A stretch of 64,000 nt of DNA from Candidatus Altiarchaeota archaeon (GTDB lineage: Archaea; Altiarchaeota; Altiarchaeia; IMC4; SCGC-AAA252-I15). Location: positions 32,001 through 96,000 of the forward strand of contig JAZDMS010000023.1 of the NCBI GenBank assembly GCA_043800705.1, given 5' to 3'. Of this stretch, positions 1-8,565 are shown piece by piece. A model generated the notes under the pieces. The model saw only the letters and a program-made list of their open reading frames with translations. It had not been told where the DNA came from and did no database searches. A program made the translations under genes and the position numbers. How positions within the stretch are numbered: position 1 is the first letter of the stretch; each line of letters starts with the position of its first letter.

Positions 1-90
1 GTGCGTTCCGGCAGAAACGACCTTATCAGGGAGAGACAGCGGGTGGAGGAGCTCTACCTCAGGCAGAAGATACCGAAAGACCTCCTCTGA
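1..90 (+). CDS. 3' end of an upstream CDS (partial, hypothetical)
   Basis: Frame 1 is open from the window edge (VRSGRNDLIRERQRVEELYLRQKIPKDLL) to TGA at 88-90, followed by TTTAAG ~30 nt before the next ATG. Confidence 0.5.
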   Translation: MRSGRNDLIRERQRVEELYLRQKIPKDLL

Positions 91-123
91 TGATTTAAGC
101 AGGCCGCTCCCAGTATCTTATCG

Positions 124-912
124 ATGGCGATGAGGCAGAGGGAGCAGGTCCCCGATCCCGGGCTTTTAGAAGAGCTGGATCAAATGACCCGGCGGAATTT
201 CATCATCGGAGCTTCCGCCGCCATAATAGGCCTCTTCGGAGGGGAATCCTCTGCACAACAAGGAGAAAAACAAAAATACGTCGGATTCGTCCCGAATGAT
301 TTTGACGCTCAAAAAGAGTACCCTCTGCTTTTCTGCCTCCACCCGGACGGTGATGGAATGCAGTATCTGCAGGCCCTGAGGCCATTGCAGGCCAAGGCGC
401 AAGTTATCGTAGCAGCCTCCAATACATACGAAAACGGGCAGAAGTTCGCCGATTTCCTACCAGAGATCAAGGCGGCTGTGGATGCGATAAAGAAAAAATT
501 CAAGGTGAGCAAGGTATACCTGTGCGGCCTATCCGGCGGAGGCCAGGCTGCCTATGTCGCAGACCATGAATTTGATTGGGTCGACGGCATCATAATCAAC
601 AACGGTTCGCTTCATCCGCGCATCTTCGACAAGAAGCCCCTCGGGATCAAGAATGCTGTCCTAATAGCGGGGGGGCGGGACAGGCGGATAACGCCGAAGA
701 ACATGGAAGACGACGAAGCAATCCTAAAAAAAAATGGGGTGAATACCCAGCTCATCAGAATACAATCGTTGGGGCACACCTTCGCGCCGGCGGCCACCTA
801 CATTAGGGCGATACAGTGGCTGGAATCCGTCAAGCCAGAAGAGCCTACTTCTTCTTCGAAGACTCCTCCACCTCCGCCCAGAACTTCTCCTTCACCTCAT
901 AGTATACGGTGA
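124..912 (+). CDS. Tat-exported alpha/beta-hydrolase (esterase/phospholipase-like)
   Basis: Twin-arginine motif MTRRNFIIGASAA; nucleophile elbow GLSGGG; Asp in GGRD and His in GHTF. Confidence 0.75.
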   Translation: MAMRQREQVPDPGLLEELDQMTRRNFIIGASAAIIGLFGGESSAQQGEKQKYVGFVPNDFDAQKEYPLLFCLHPDGDGMQYLQALRPLQAKAQVIVAASNTYENGQKFADFLPEIKAAVDAIKKKFKVSKVYLCGLSGGGQAAYVADHEFDWVDGIIINNGSLHPRIFDKKPLGIKNAVLIAGGRDRRITPKNMEDDEAILKKNGVNTQLIRIQSLGHTFAPAATYIRAIQWLESVKPEEPTSSSKTPPPPPRTSPSPHSIR

Positions 913-1096
913 TCGACGGCAGGATGGCGAGTATGCCAAGAAGCCAGGCCATGGGGAATGGCACGAGTATCGCGTTGAACGGGTAGAATATCCCGATGAC
1001 CATCATGATGAGGGCGAAGAACACGCCCATCATGCTCAGCTTGAACAGCACCGCATTCCTTGAACAATAACATCCTCTACCGCAACACATAATCAA
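845..1096 (-). CDS. Small two-TM membrane protein (start uncertain, possibly GTG near 1051)
   Basis: Two hydrophobic helices and a charged tail; abuts 1097..2008. Confidence 0.55.
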   Translation of the reverse strand: MIMCCGRGCYCSRNAVLFKLSMMGVFFALIMMVIGIFYPFNAILVPFPMAWLLGILAILPSITVYYEVKEKFWAEVEESSKKK

Positions 1097-2008
1097 TCAC
1101 CTCATCTTTTTTCTTATGTCATCCAGCTGGTCCGTCATCTTCCTGAGGTACGGGGCCTGGACATACGACCTCAACAGAACGGAAACCATCTCCTGCACCC
1201 TCTCCGGATCCTCGACGCCGAAGAGTCCATACATGCTCCTGATCCTCGGGATCTGGACGGCCCTGCCGCCCGTCACCTGAGCGCTGAGGGGGATCCCTGC
1301 GACACTGCCCTGCGACCCCATCGAGACAGAGGAGAAGTCGCTGCCCATCCCGAGGCCGGACGCCGTCACCGGTATGATCGTCCCGAAATTGAAGAGGCTG
1401 CCGATGAGGCCCTGTTCGAGGACGACGTTGTTTATCTTGTCATACGACAGCTCGTTGCGTTTGACGCCTCCGAACCTGACCTCGGTCACTATCCTCTGGT
1501 CGGTTATGTAAAATATGTGGCTTCTGCGGTATGCGTCGACGACCCCGAAGCCCACCAGCGACAAGAGCATCCCGAAGTTGTATGCGCTTTCGGCGGGCAT
1601 GCGCCAGTATGCGCTGAGGCCGACGCTCGCGAGGCCGACGCCAGCCATAAACCAGACCCACTTGAACTCGATCCTCACGACCGAGACGGCCACGGAGCTC
1701 AGCAAAAGCGCCGCGATCCAGGCCGCGACCGGAGTGTACGTCCTGGTGAACCATTCCCCCCAATTAGCGGCGTCGGATACGGGCCTGAGGAATCCCGGCA
1801 GGATGGAGCCCACATGCCGGACGGTCCCCGCCGCCGCAACCAGCGGCCCGCCGGCGATATATTCGAACTCCTGGCCGTACATCAGGAATGCGAAGCTGAG
1901 GACGATCACCCAGACCCAGGCGGCGTACATGTCCCAGAATGAGAGGGGATGGGGTCTGGCCTCCAAAAGGAGCTTCTCGCCGTCGGACAATTTCAGCAGA
2001 CCCATCAA
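1097..2008 (-). CDS. Membrane protein with bacterial PH-like (bPH_2) domain
   Basis: N-terminal LSDGEKLLLEARPH, several TM helices, then FYITDQRIV...LSYDKINNVVLEQGLIGSLFNFGTI signature. Confidence 0.75.
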   Translation of the reverse strand: MMGLLKLSDGEKLLLEARPHPLSFWDMYAAWVWVIVLSFAFLMYGQEFEYIAGGPLVAAAGTVRHVGSILPGFLRPVSDAANWGEWFTRTYTPVAAWIAALLLSSVAVSVVRIEFKWVWFMAGVGLASVGLSAYWRMPAESAYNFGMLLSLVGFGVVDAYRRSHIFYITDQRIVTEVRFGGVKRNELSYDKINNVVLEQGLIGSLFNFGTIIPVTASGLGMGSDFSSVSMGSQGSVAGIPLSAQVTGGRAVQIPRIRSMYGLFGVEDPERVQEMVSVLLRSYVQAPYLRKMTDQLDDIRKKMR

Positions 2009-2046
2009 TATATTTTAGTCGTCTGGAAAGATAAAAGCGGCCTAGT

Positions 2047-2135
2047 GTTTGCAGTCTTCGGTCCTCTGTCCCCGGTCTTCGGTCTTGTTATTCTTGGCGT
2101 GGCTGAGGACAGTAGACCAGAGACTGCAGACTTCA
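2047..2135. repeat. Heptamer-periodic imperfect inverted repeat (GTCYYCG-like units), copy 1
   Basis: gtttgca gtcttcg gtcctct gtccccg gtcttcg gtcttgt; right arm reverse-complements to gtctgca gtctctg gtctact gtcctca. Confidence 0.75.
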
Positions 2136-2137
2136 GT

Positions 2138-2200
2138 TCATCAGCACTCATAAGCCTCATCATCGCCTTTCGGCTCAGCCATCTTGAGTCATCACGTGAT
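2138..2200 (-). ncRNA. Box C/D guide sRNA, predicted tRNA-Met(CAU) Cm34 guide (sR-tMet/sR49-like)
   Basis: Minus strand: AUCAC-GUGAUGA(C)-CUCAAGAUGG-CUGA(D')-GCC GAAA GGC-G-AUGAUGA(C')-GGCUUAUGAGUG-CUGA(D)-UGAAC; all four boxes perfect, guides 10 and 12 nt, intergenic. Confidence 0.9.
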
Positions 2201-2496
2201 CTATTGTTTGACGAGGCGGTTATATGCATAAGGGCAAGACACCCTTCGGGTTTCTCGCCCTTATCAACCCTACTCTTCCGACATGCCATCGCGGATGGCA
2301 TCGTTCACTAATGTGTTTTTCTATTGTTTGACGAGGCGGTTATATGCATAGGGGCAGGCACCTTTCAGGTTCCCGCCCCTATCACCCCTACCCTCCGGTA
2401 TGGTGCCTTCGGCACCATGAAAAAATCCCGTAGACGTATGCATCGGCAGAAGGACAGGCGCCCTCGGGTTCATTGTTTGACGAGGCGGTTATATGC
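2201..2496. repeat. Three perfect copies of 25-bp ATTGTTTGACGAGGCGGTTATATGC (2203, 2323, 2472) separating two homologous double-hairpin units
   Basis: Direct reading; the third copy is the last codons (AYNRLVKQ) of ORF 2470..2871; units carry covarying stems. Confidence 0.9.
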
Positions 2497-2871
2497 GTGC
2501 AGGACGAGGACGGCCTCTTCGAGTTGGGCGATGTTTACGGTCGTCGTCTTCTGTTCTATCGCCGGCTCAAGGAGCCTGTGCTGGACGCGGAACGGGCTCG
2601 TGCCGTCCTTGATCGTGTTCAGATTGTGGGTGCTGGTGATCTGGTTCAGCCTGTCCTTCGGCGCCTTCTGGAGGTATTGGACTGCCTCCTGTAGGTTGAT
2701 GAGGTGCTGGAGCATCTCCTCCTCGCCGCCGAATGCGGTCGCCAGCTCAAGCTGCGAGTTTGTGGTCAGCCTCCTGAGCTTCATCGAGACCAGCAGGTCC
2801 TGGAACGCAATCAATGTGTCCTTCACCGAGCATTCGGCCTCTTTTCGAGGCTTGGGTTTTCCCTCATCCAT
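2470..2871 (-). CDS. Hypothetical helical protein (133 aa)
   Basis: ORF 10 nt downstream of the PMM/PGM stop, preceded by GAGGGTG; no recognisable motif. Confidence 0.6.
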   Translation of the reverse strand: MDEGKPKPRKEAECSVKDTLIAFQDLLVSMKLRRLTTNSQLELATAFGGEEEMLQHLINLQEAVQYLQKAPKDRLNQITSTHNLNTIKDGTSPFRVQHRLLEPAIEQKTTTVNIAQLEEAVLVLHAYNRLVKQ

Positions 2872-2881
2872 AATGCACCCC

Positions 2882-4228
2882 TCAGATCTTACCCTTCAAT
2901 TCCGGATTCCTGTCGAAGACTTCCCTGAATACGGCCTTCATCTCCTCCAGTTTCTTCGGGGTCTTCCCCTCGAAGCGCAGCACCAGGTGAGGGCCCGTGT
3001 TCGAAGCCCTCATCAGGCCCCATCCGTCCTTTGCCTGGACCCTGACCCCGTCCACGGTAATCAGCTCGTATTTTCCTTCGAACGCCTTCCTGACCTCGTC
3101 GACGAGGGCGAACTTCTTCTCCTCGGGGACCGTGGCCCTTATCTCAGGAGTCGAATAATATTTCGGGATGGTGTCGACTATCTCGCTCATCCTCTTTTTG
3201 GTCTTCGACAGCGTCTGGACCATCCTCGCGGTCGCATATATGCCGTCGTCGAATCCTGGGTAGTCGTCTGCGAAGAAGAAGTGGCCGCTCATCTCGCCAG
3301 CCAGGAAGGCGTGTTCCTCCTTGATCTTCTTCTTGATGAAGCTGTGGCCTGTGCGGTACATTATCGGCCTGCCGCCGTGGGCTTCTATGTCCTCCGTGAG
3401 CGCCATGCTGCACTTGACTTCGAAGATAATGGATGCGCCCTTGTTTTTCGCGAGTATTTCCCTGCTGAAGAGTGCTAGGGCCTGGTCTCCGCGGATTATC
3501 CCGCCGTTTTCGTCGACGAAGCCGGCCCTGTCGGAGTCGCCGTCGTATGCGAGGCCTATGTCGGCCTTTTCTTCCTTTACCTTCGCTATCAGGTCTTTGA
3601 GGTTGGAGTCGACCGTCGGGTCCGCGGGGTGGTTCGGGAAGTTTCCGTCAGGCTCGGAGAAGAGCTCTATGACTTCGCATCCAAGGTCGCGGAAGAGCTT
3701 CGGCGCGACAGCGCCCGCCGTCCCGTTGGCGCAGTCGAGCACGACCTTCAGCTTCCTTTTGAGTTTTATCCTGTCACTCATGTATTTGGAGTATTCCGGG
3801 AGTATGTCGCGCGCTTCGATGCTGCCCTGTCCGCTCCTGAATTTGCCCGCGTCGACTGCGGCGCCTACGGCGGTTATCTCGTCCCCGTACAGGGTCATTC
3901 CGCCTTTAATGCAGAGCTTGAATCCGTTGTATTCCGGCGGGTTGTGGGATGCGGTAAGCATGATTCCGCCGTCGAGTTTCAGGATGTAGATCGCGAAGTA
4001 CAGTGCGGGGGTCGGGACGCACCCGACGTCTATGACCTTCAGCCCCGTGGATTTCAACCCCTCTATCAGCGCCTTTGACAGCGTCGGGCTGCTTTTTCTG
4101 ACATCGCATCCGACTGCGACGGTGCCTGTGACCGTGGAGCCGAATGCCTTGCCTATCTTTAGGGCGATCTCCTCGGTGACCTCCGTGCCGTATAATCCTC
4201 TGATGTCGTAGGCACGGTAGATGCTCAT
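2882..4228 (-). CDS. Phosphomannomutase/phosphoglucomutase
   Basis: AYDIRG N-terminus, TASHNP phosphoserine loop, DGDSDR metal loop, GEMSGH, RASNT. Confidence 0.95.
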   Translation of the reverse strand: MSIYRAYDIRGLYGTEVTEEIALKIGKAFGSTVTGTVAVGCDVRKSSPTLSKALIEGLKSTGLKVIDVGCVPTPALYFAIYILKLDGGIMLTASHNPPEYNGFKLCIKGGMTLYGDEITAVGAAVDAGKFRSGQGSIEARDILPEYSKYMSDRIKLKRKLKVVLDCANGTAGAVAPKLFRDLGCEVIELFSEPDGNFPNHPADPTVDSNLKDLIAKVKEEKADIGLAYDGDSDRAGFVDENGGIIRGDQALALFSREILAKNKGASIIFEVKCSMALTEDIEAHGGRPIMYRTGHSFIKKKIKEEHAFLAGEMSGHFFFADDYPGFDDGIYATARMVQTLSKTKKRMSEIVDTIPKYYSTPEIRATVPEEKKFALVDEVRKAFEGKYELITVDGVRVQAKDGWGLMRASNTGPHLVLRFEGKTPKKLEEMKAVFREVFDRNPELKGKI

Positions 4229-5074
4229 TCAGATACCCTTCCAGTTTTTTATGGCGCGCTCGTAGGCTTCGGGGGTGCCGGTGTCGAACCATTGGCCGTC
4301 GAACGGATAACCGAAAAGTTTCCCCTCTTCTGCGAGCTTGGGGAATACGTCCCTTTCGAGCATGGATTTGCCCTTCGGTATGTATCCGAGTATCTCGGGC
4401 TGCAGGACGTAGACGCCGGCGTTTATTAGCCTGCCGTCTTCGCCGCCCTTAGGCTTCTCGATGAAGCCAATTATCCTGTGTCCTTTGAGGCGTGCGACGC
4501 CGAACGACGACGTGTCTTCGACCTGTGTCAGGGCGATTGTCGCAAGGGCGTTCTGTTCCGAGTGGAACCCTATGATGTCGGTGAGGTCTATGTTCGACAG
4601 GACGTCGCCGTTGAACATAAGGAATGGGCTGTTCAAATGCTGTTTGGCCAGAAGGAGCGGTCCCGCGGTTCCCATCTCCTCCTTCTCTTCGACGTATTTT
4701 ATGTTGACGCCGAGGTGGCTGCCGTCGCCGAAGTGGTCCCTGATCTTGTCTCCCATGTAGCCGATCGAAAGTATGATCTCCCTGATCTCGTATTTTCTGC
4801 AGAGCTCGATTATGTGCTGGATGAGGGGCTTGCCCTTTAGGGGGATCATCGGCTTCGGCATCTCGTAGGTGAGCGGCCTCATCCTGGTCCCCTTGCCTCC
4901 GGCGAGGATTATCGCCTTCTTCACCTTCCCAGATTCGAGGACCTTCGACAGGAGGACTTCGATGGCGTGGCTGCGGTTCCTTACTTTTATTCCGTCCACG
5001 CGGCTGTCAAGTTCGGTCAAGAGGTCTTTTCGCAGGGTGATGGTGAGTCGTTCGCGATTCGCTTCAGATGCCAT
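4229..5074 (-). CDS. Ribbon-helix-helix domain fused to sugar-phosphate nucleotidyltransferase
   Basis: N-terminal RERLTITLRKDLL...NRSHAIE (CopG/NikR-like) then ILAGGKGTRMRPLT...PKPM, NGD, INAGVY, WFDTGT. Confidence 0.85.
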   Translation of the reverse strand: MASEANRERLTITLRKDLLTELDSRVDGIKVRNRSHAIEVLLSKVLESGKVKKAIILAGGKGTRMRPLTYEMPKPMIPLKGKPLIQHIIELCRKYEIREIILSIGYMGDKIRDHFGDGSHLGVNIKYVEEKEEMGTAGPLLLAKQHLNSPFLMFNGDVLSNIDLTDIIGFHSEQNALATIALTQVEDTSSFGVARLKGHRIIGFIEKPKGGEDGRLINAGVYVLQPEILGYIPKGKSMLERDVFPKLAEEGKLFGYPFDGQWFDTGTPEAYERAIKNWKGI

Positions 5075-5098
5075 TTTCAGGAATTGGAGATACTACAT

Positions 5099-5119
5099 TA
5101 TGAGAAAACTCATATAAAT
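5099..5119. promoter_or_regulatory. Inverted repeat TATGAG-N4-CTCATA overlapping a TATA box (candidate operator)
   Basis: Perfect 6-bp IR at 5099-5114 overlapping TATAAAT in the divergent intergenic region upstream of the RHH-NTase. Confidence 0.45.
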
Positions 5120-5154
5120 GGGATCTTTTATGCTTCGGGAGCGAATATCCGATT

Positions 5155-6054
5155 ATGCCATCCGATGAGGAGTTTAGCGAGCGGGCGAAGACTGTTGTCG
5201 GGCTGGCTGGCAGGCTGGGGCGCGCCCTCTTGGAAGGAACGGTCCCTGCCAGGAAGTCGGAGGAGTATCAGGAGCTCCTTCATGAAAGAGTAGCCTCGCT
5301 CAAAAGGCTGGAATTGGAGTCCCTCGACGACAAAATATTGGGCTTTTCGGTTTCCAGGGACGAACTGGACAATCAGAGGACTTCGGGCAACATCAGCGAT
5401 GACGCATATCTCACACTTGCCGATGGATTGAACCGGCAGAAGCAGGAGTTGGATTCACAGAAGAAGGCCGTTGCCGGATTGGGGGAAAAGGACTATCTTG
5501 CGCGGATCATGTCACGCTACACCCCCCCTGAAGAGACGGAACAGAAGAAGCGGGTCTCGAAACCCGATAAGGCCGATGAAGCGCCTGCCAAGCCGTCGCC
5601 TGTGTCTGCCATCATGAACCGGGAGAAAATCGGCGATGAGCTCGCATACGTGGTTTTGGCGCTGATCGTGATCGCGGGATTGAAATATGCCCTCTCATCC
5701 GGTCTCTTTCCTAAAAATACGATCCCTTATGCGGTATCCGGGCTGTCTATCGTAACTGGAATACTCTGCCTTTACGCATCGACTTCGGTCATGCACGTGG
5801 GGCGCGCATCCATGAAGAACGCGTTCTTTGCATTTTTTGCCATCTTCCTGCTTTCGTCGGTCGCCGGCTTCGCGGCATCGGGAACCAAGCATGCGTCGAC
5901 GGTCATGTTCCTTGCGTACATCGTGTCGTCGGTGATCATACTAGGCAGGGTCTATTTTCTTCCCTTTACGGAGTCGTTAACCGTCGCGATGGCATACTTC
6001 ATCCCGTACCTGATCGTATTGTGGGCGCTGGGAATCTCGTCGTCCCCTATCTGA
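5155..6054 (+). CDS. Hypothetical protein: N-terminal coiled coil plus ~5 C-terminal TM helices
   Basis: ORF fills the gap between operon genes; charged N-half, hydrophobic C-half. Confidence 0.65.
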   Translation: MPSDEEFSERAKTVVGLAGRLGRALLEGTVPARKSEEYQELLHERVASLKRLELESLDDKILGFSVSRDELDNQRTSGNISDDAYLTLADGLNRQKQELDSQKKAVAGLGEKDYLARIMSRYTPPEETEQKKRVSKPDKADEAPAKPSPVSAIMNREKIGDELAYVVLALIVIAGLKYALSSGLFPKNTIPYAVSGLSIVTGILCLYASTSVMHVGRASMKNAFFAFFAIFLLSSVAGFAASGTKHASTVMFLAYIVSSVIILGRVYFLPFTESLTVAMAYFIPYLIVLWALGISSSPI

Positions 6055-6058
6055 GAAC

Positions 6059-7003
6059 TCAGTTCTTACCCTTCACCGCATCCTTTGCGGCTTTGAATAT
6101 GTCCGCTGCCGTGAGGTTGAATCTTACAAGCAGGTCTCTACTGTCCCCTGATTTGCCGAAGCGGTCCCTGATGCCGATCCTGCGAAGAGGCGCGGGATAT
6201 TCCTCTGCAAGGACTTCCGAGACCGCGCTTCCGAGACCTCCGATGATGCTGTGCTCTTCTACAGTCACGATGGCACCAGTGTCCTTGGCTGCCTTGACGA
6301 CGGTCTTGACATCCATGGGCTTTATTGTGTGCATGTCGACGATCCTGGCGTTTAACCCCTCATTCTTCAGCTCTTGCCAGGCCCTGATGCATTCCTGAAG
6401 CAGGTAGCCGCATCCGATGATCGTAACGTCGGAGCCGTCCTGGAGCGTGATCGGCTCGTCTGTGTCATGGTCGAAGGTCTCGTAGATGGTTGGGCTCTTC
6501 TCCCTTGTAAGCCTGATATAGACCGGGCCCTTATACCTGGCCGCAGCCCTTATGAGCGCCCTTGTCTCGTTCGCGTCCGAGGGGACCTGCACCTTCATCC
6601 CCGGAATCACCCTCATCAGGGCGAGGTCCTCTATTATCTGGTGCGATGCGCCGTCCTTCCCGACAGTTATTCCCGCATGCGTGAGCACGATCTTGACGTT
6701 GAGGCTGTCGTACGCTATCGTGTTCCTGATCTGCTCCCATGCGCGGCCCGCCCCGAACATGGCGAACGCGCTTGCAAACACGGTCTTCCCCGAGAGTGCC
6801 AATCCGGCGGACATCCCCATGAGGTTCTGCTCCGCGACCCCGACGTTGAAGAACCTGTCCGGGAATTGTTTTGCGAACATGCACGTCTGCGTCGACGAGC
6901 TGAGGTCCGCATCTAGGACGACGATGTTCGCGTCCTCTTTCCCGAGCTCTACGAGCGTCTTCCCGTAGGCCTCCCTCGTGTGTTCCGGCTTTCCTAGGTT
7001 CAT
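6059..7003 (-). CDS. Transketolase, C-terminal (pyrimidine-binding) subunit
   Basis: LDADLSSST, NVGVAEQN, DGASHQ, TVEEHS; start MNLGKP at 7003 overlaps the upstream stop. Confidence 0.95.
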   Translation of the reverse strand: MNLGKPEHTREAYGKTLVELGKEDANIVVLDADLSSSTQTCMFAKQFPDRFFNVGVAEQNLMGMSAGLALSGKTVFASAFAMFGAGRAWEQIRNTIAYDSLNVKIVLTHAGITVGKDGASHQIIEDLALMRVIPGMKVQVPSDANETRALIRAAARYKGPVYIRLTREKSPTIYETFDHDTDEPITLQDGSDVTIIGCGYLLQECIRAWQELKNEGLNARIVDMHTIKPMDVKTVVKAAKDTGAIVTVEEHSIIGGLGSAVSEVLAEEYPAPLRRIGIRDRFGKSGDSRDLLVRFNLTAADIFKAAKDAVKGKN

Positions 7004-7824
7004 GTCAGCTCCTTGAGTGCCGCGCATAGCTGCTCCTTGGTGAGCGGCTTGCCGTGGAATTCGCAGACGTTCTCCATGAAGGAGACGCCTTTGCCCTTGG
7101 TCGTCAGCGCGATTATTGCTGTCGGGGCGCCCTTGAGCATCTGCGCCTGGTCGAGGGCGTTCATTATCTCCCTTATCTGGTGGCCGTTGATGGTCAGTAC
7201 GTTGAATCCGAAACTCGCCCACTTATCCGCTATCGGCTCGATGGACATGACCTCCTCGGTCGAGCCGTCTATCTGGAGGCTGTTTCTGTCCACGATCACG
7301 CAGAGGTTGTCGAGCTTGTAATGGGACGCGGCCATCGCGGCCTCCCACACCTGCCCCTCCTGGCATTCGCCGTCTCCTAGGAGTGCGTACACCCTGTGGT
7401 CCTTCTTGTCGAGCTTCCCCGCCGCGGCGATCCCGCATGCGATGCTCAGTCCCTGGCCCAGGGACCCCGTCGATGCGTCCGCGCCCGGCACGCTCTTGTG
7501 GCTGGGGTGGCCTTCGAGGAAGCTGTTGACGTTCCTGAATTTGTTCAGCTCGGATTTGGGGAAGTAGCCGCACTCCGCCAATACGCTGTAGAGGGCCGGC
7601 GACGCATGGCCTTTCGACAGTATGAACCTGTCCCTGTCCGGCCAGTCGGGCTCGATTGGGCGGTGGCGCATCTTGTAGAAGTAGAGCGTGACGATGATGT
7701 CGAGGGCTGACATGCTGCCGCCCGGGTGCCCCGAACCGGCTTCGGTCGTCATCTCGAGGATGTGCTTCTTCACCTGCTTCGACTTGGACCTCAATGTCTC
7801 GACGATATCTCCCATGCCAACCAC
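7000..7824 (-). CDS. Transketolase, N-terminal (TPP-binding) subunit
   Basis: SGHPGGSMS, DRFILSKGH, STGSLGQG, GDGECQEG TPP motif. Confidence 0.95.
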   Translation of the reverse strand: MVGMGDIVETLRSKSKQVKKHILEMTTEAGSGHPGGSMSALDIIVTLYFYKMRHRPIEPDWPDRDRFILSKGHASPALYSVLAECGYFPKSELNKFRNVNSFLEGHPSHKSVPGADASTGSLGQGLSIACGIAAAGKLDKKDHRVYALLGDGECQEGQVWEAAMAASHYKLDNLCVIVDRNSLQIDGSTEEVMSIEPIADKWASFGFNVLTINGHQIREIMNALDQAQMLKGAPTAIIALTTKGKGVSFMENVCEFHGKPLTKEQLCAALKELT

Positions 7825-7908
7825 GACGATAATATACCGAAAGAGGCGATAAAAGCCTTCAAAACAGGCAACCCCTCGTAATCAAAGGTATGATACCGTA
7901 TGAGCGGT

Positions 7909-8565
7909 TCAGATTATTCCCCGAAGTTCAGTTACTGCGGCTTTGAGCCCTTTCGGGTGCCTGAACAGGTATGAGCCTGCAACGAAGACGTCGCATCCCG
8001 CCTCGGATATTGCATTCGCGGTCTTGTCGTTGACTCCGCCGTCGACTTCTATGAGGGTTTTCAGTTTTCGGTTTTCAGTTTCCCTCTTCGCCTTCCTGAT
8101 TTTGTCGAGGACTTTCAGGTCGAATTTCTGTCCGCCGAAACCGGGGTTGACCCCCATTACCAGGACGAGGTCTAGTTGCGGCAGAAGCGGCAGAATTTTT
8201 TCGATTGGTGTTTCAGGGTTGATTGAGACACCGGCTTTGGCCCCTGCCTTTTTTATCTCATCGATGCATGCCTGTAGGTCGGTGCATGCTTCGCTGTGGA
8301 CGGTTATCAGGTCCGCCCCCGCCTTCTTGAACGCTTTGATGTAGCGGATGGGGTCGAGTACCATCAGGTGGACGTCGAAGAGGAGGTCCGATGCGGGCCT
8401 AATGGATTCGAGGACCGGTATTCCGAAGCTGATGTTAGGGACGAAGCACCCGTCCATTACGTCGAAGTGTATCCACTCTACGCCGGCAGACTTCGCGGAT
8501 TTCAGCTCCTCCCCGAGCCTTGCGAAGTCCGCGGACAGTATCGAAGCCGCCACGATCTTATCCAT
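7909..8565 (-). CDS. rpe: Ribulose-phosphate 3-epimerase
   Basis: SILSADF, HFDVMDG, DVHLM, MGVNPGFGGQ, EVDGG. Confidence 0.95.
   Translation of the reverse strand: MDKIVAASILSADFARLGEELKSAKSAGVEWIHFDVMDGCFVPNISFGIPVLESIRPASDLLFDVHLMVLDPIRYIKAFKKAGADLITVHSEACTDLQACIDEIKKAGAKAGVSINPETPIEKILPLLPQLDLVLVMGVNPGFGGQKFDLKVLDKIRKAKRETENRKLKTLIEVDGGVNDKTANAISEAGCDVFVAGSYLFRHPKGLKAAVTELRGII

Noticed and set aside
2228-2382. Archaeal SECIS elements (GAA followed by a short GC stem)
   Set aside because: The opposing unpaired A is absent (U instead) and no selenoprotein with an in-frame TGA is evident nearby
2203-2496. Mini-CRISPR array (three identical 25-bp repeats)
   Set aside because: The intervening sequences are 95 and 124 nt, homologous to each other and structured; one repeat is a gene end; no cas genes in the window
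2324-3478. Long antisense ORFs (e.g. 2324..3478, 9589..10794, 33611..34792, 35905..36948, 54220..55335, 61885..62841)
   Set aside because: Shadows of well-supported genes on the opposite strand in GC-rich DNA; no motifs
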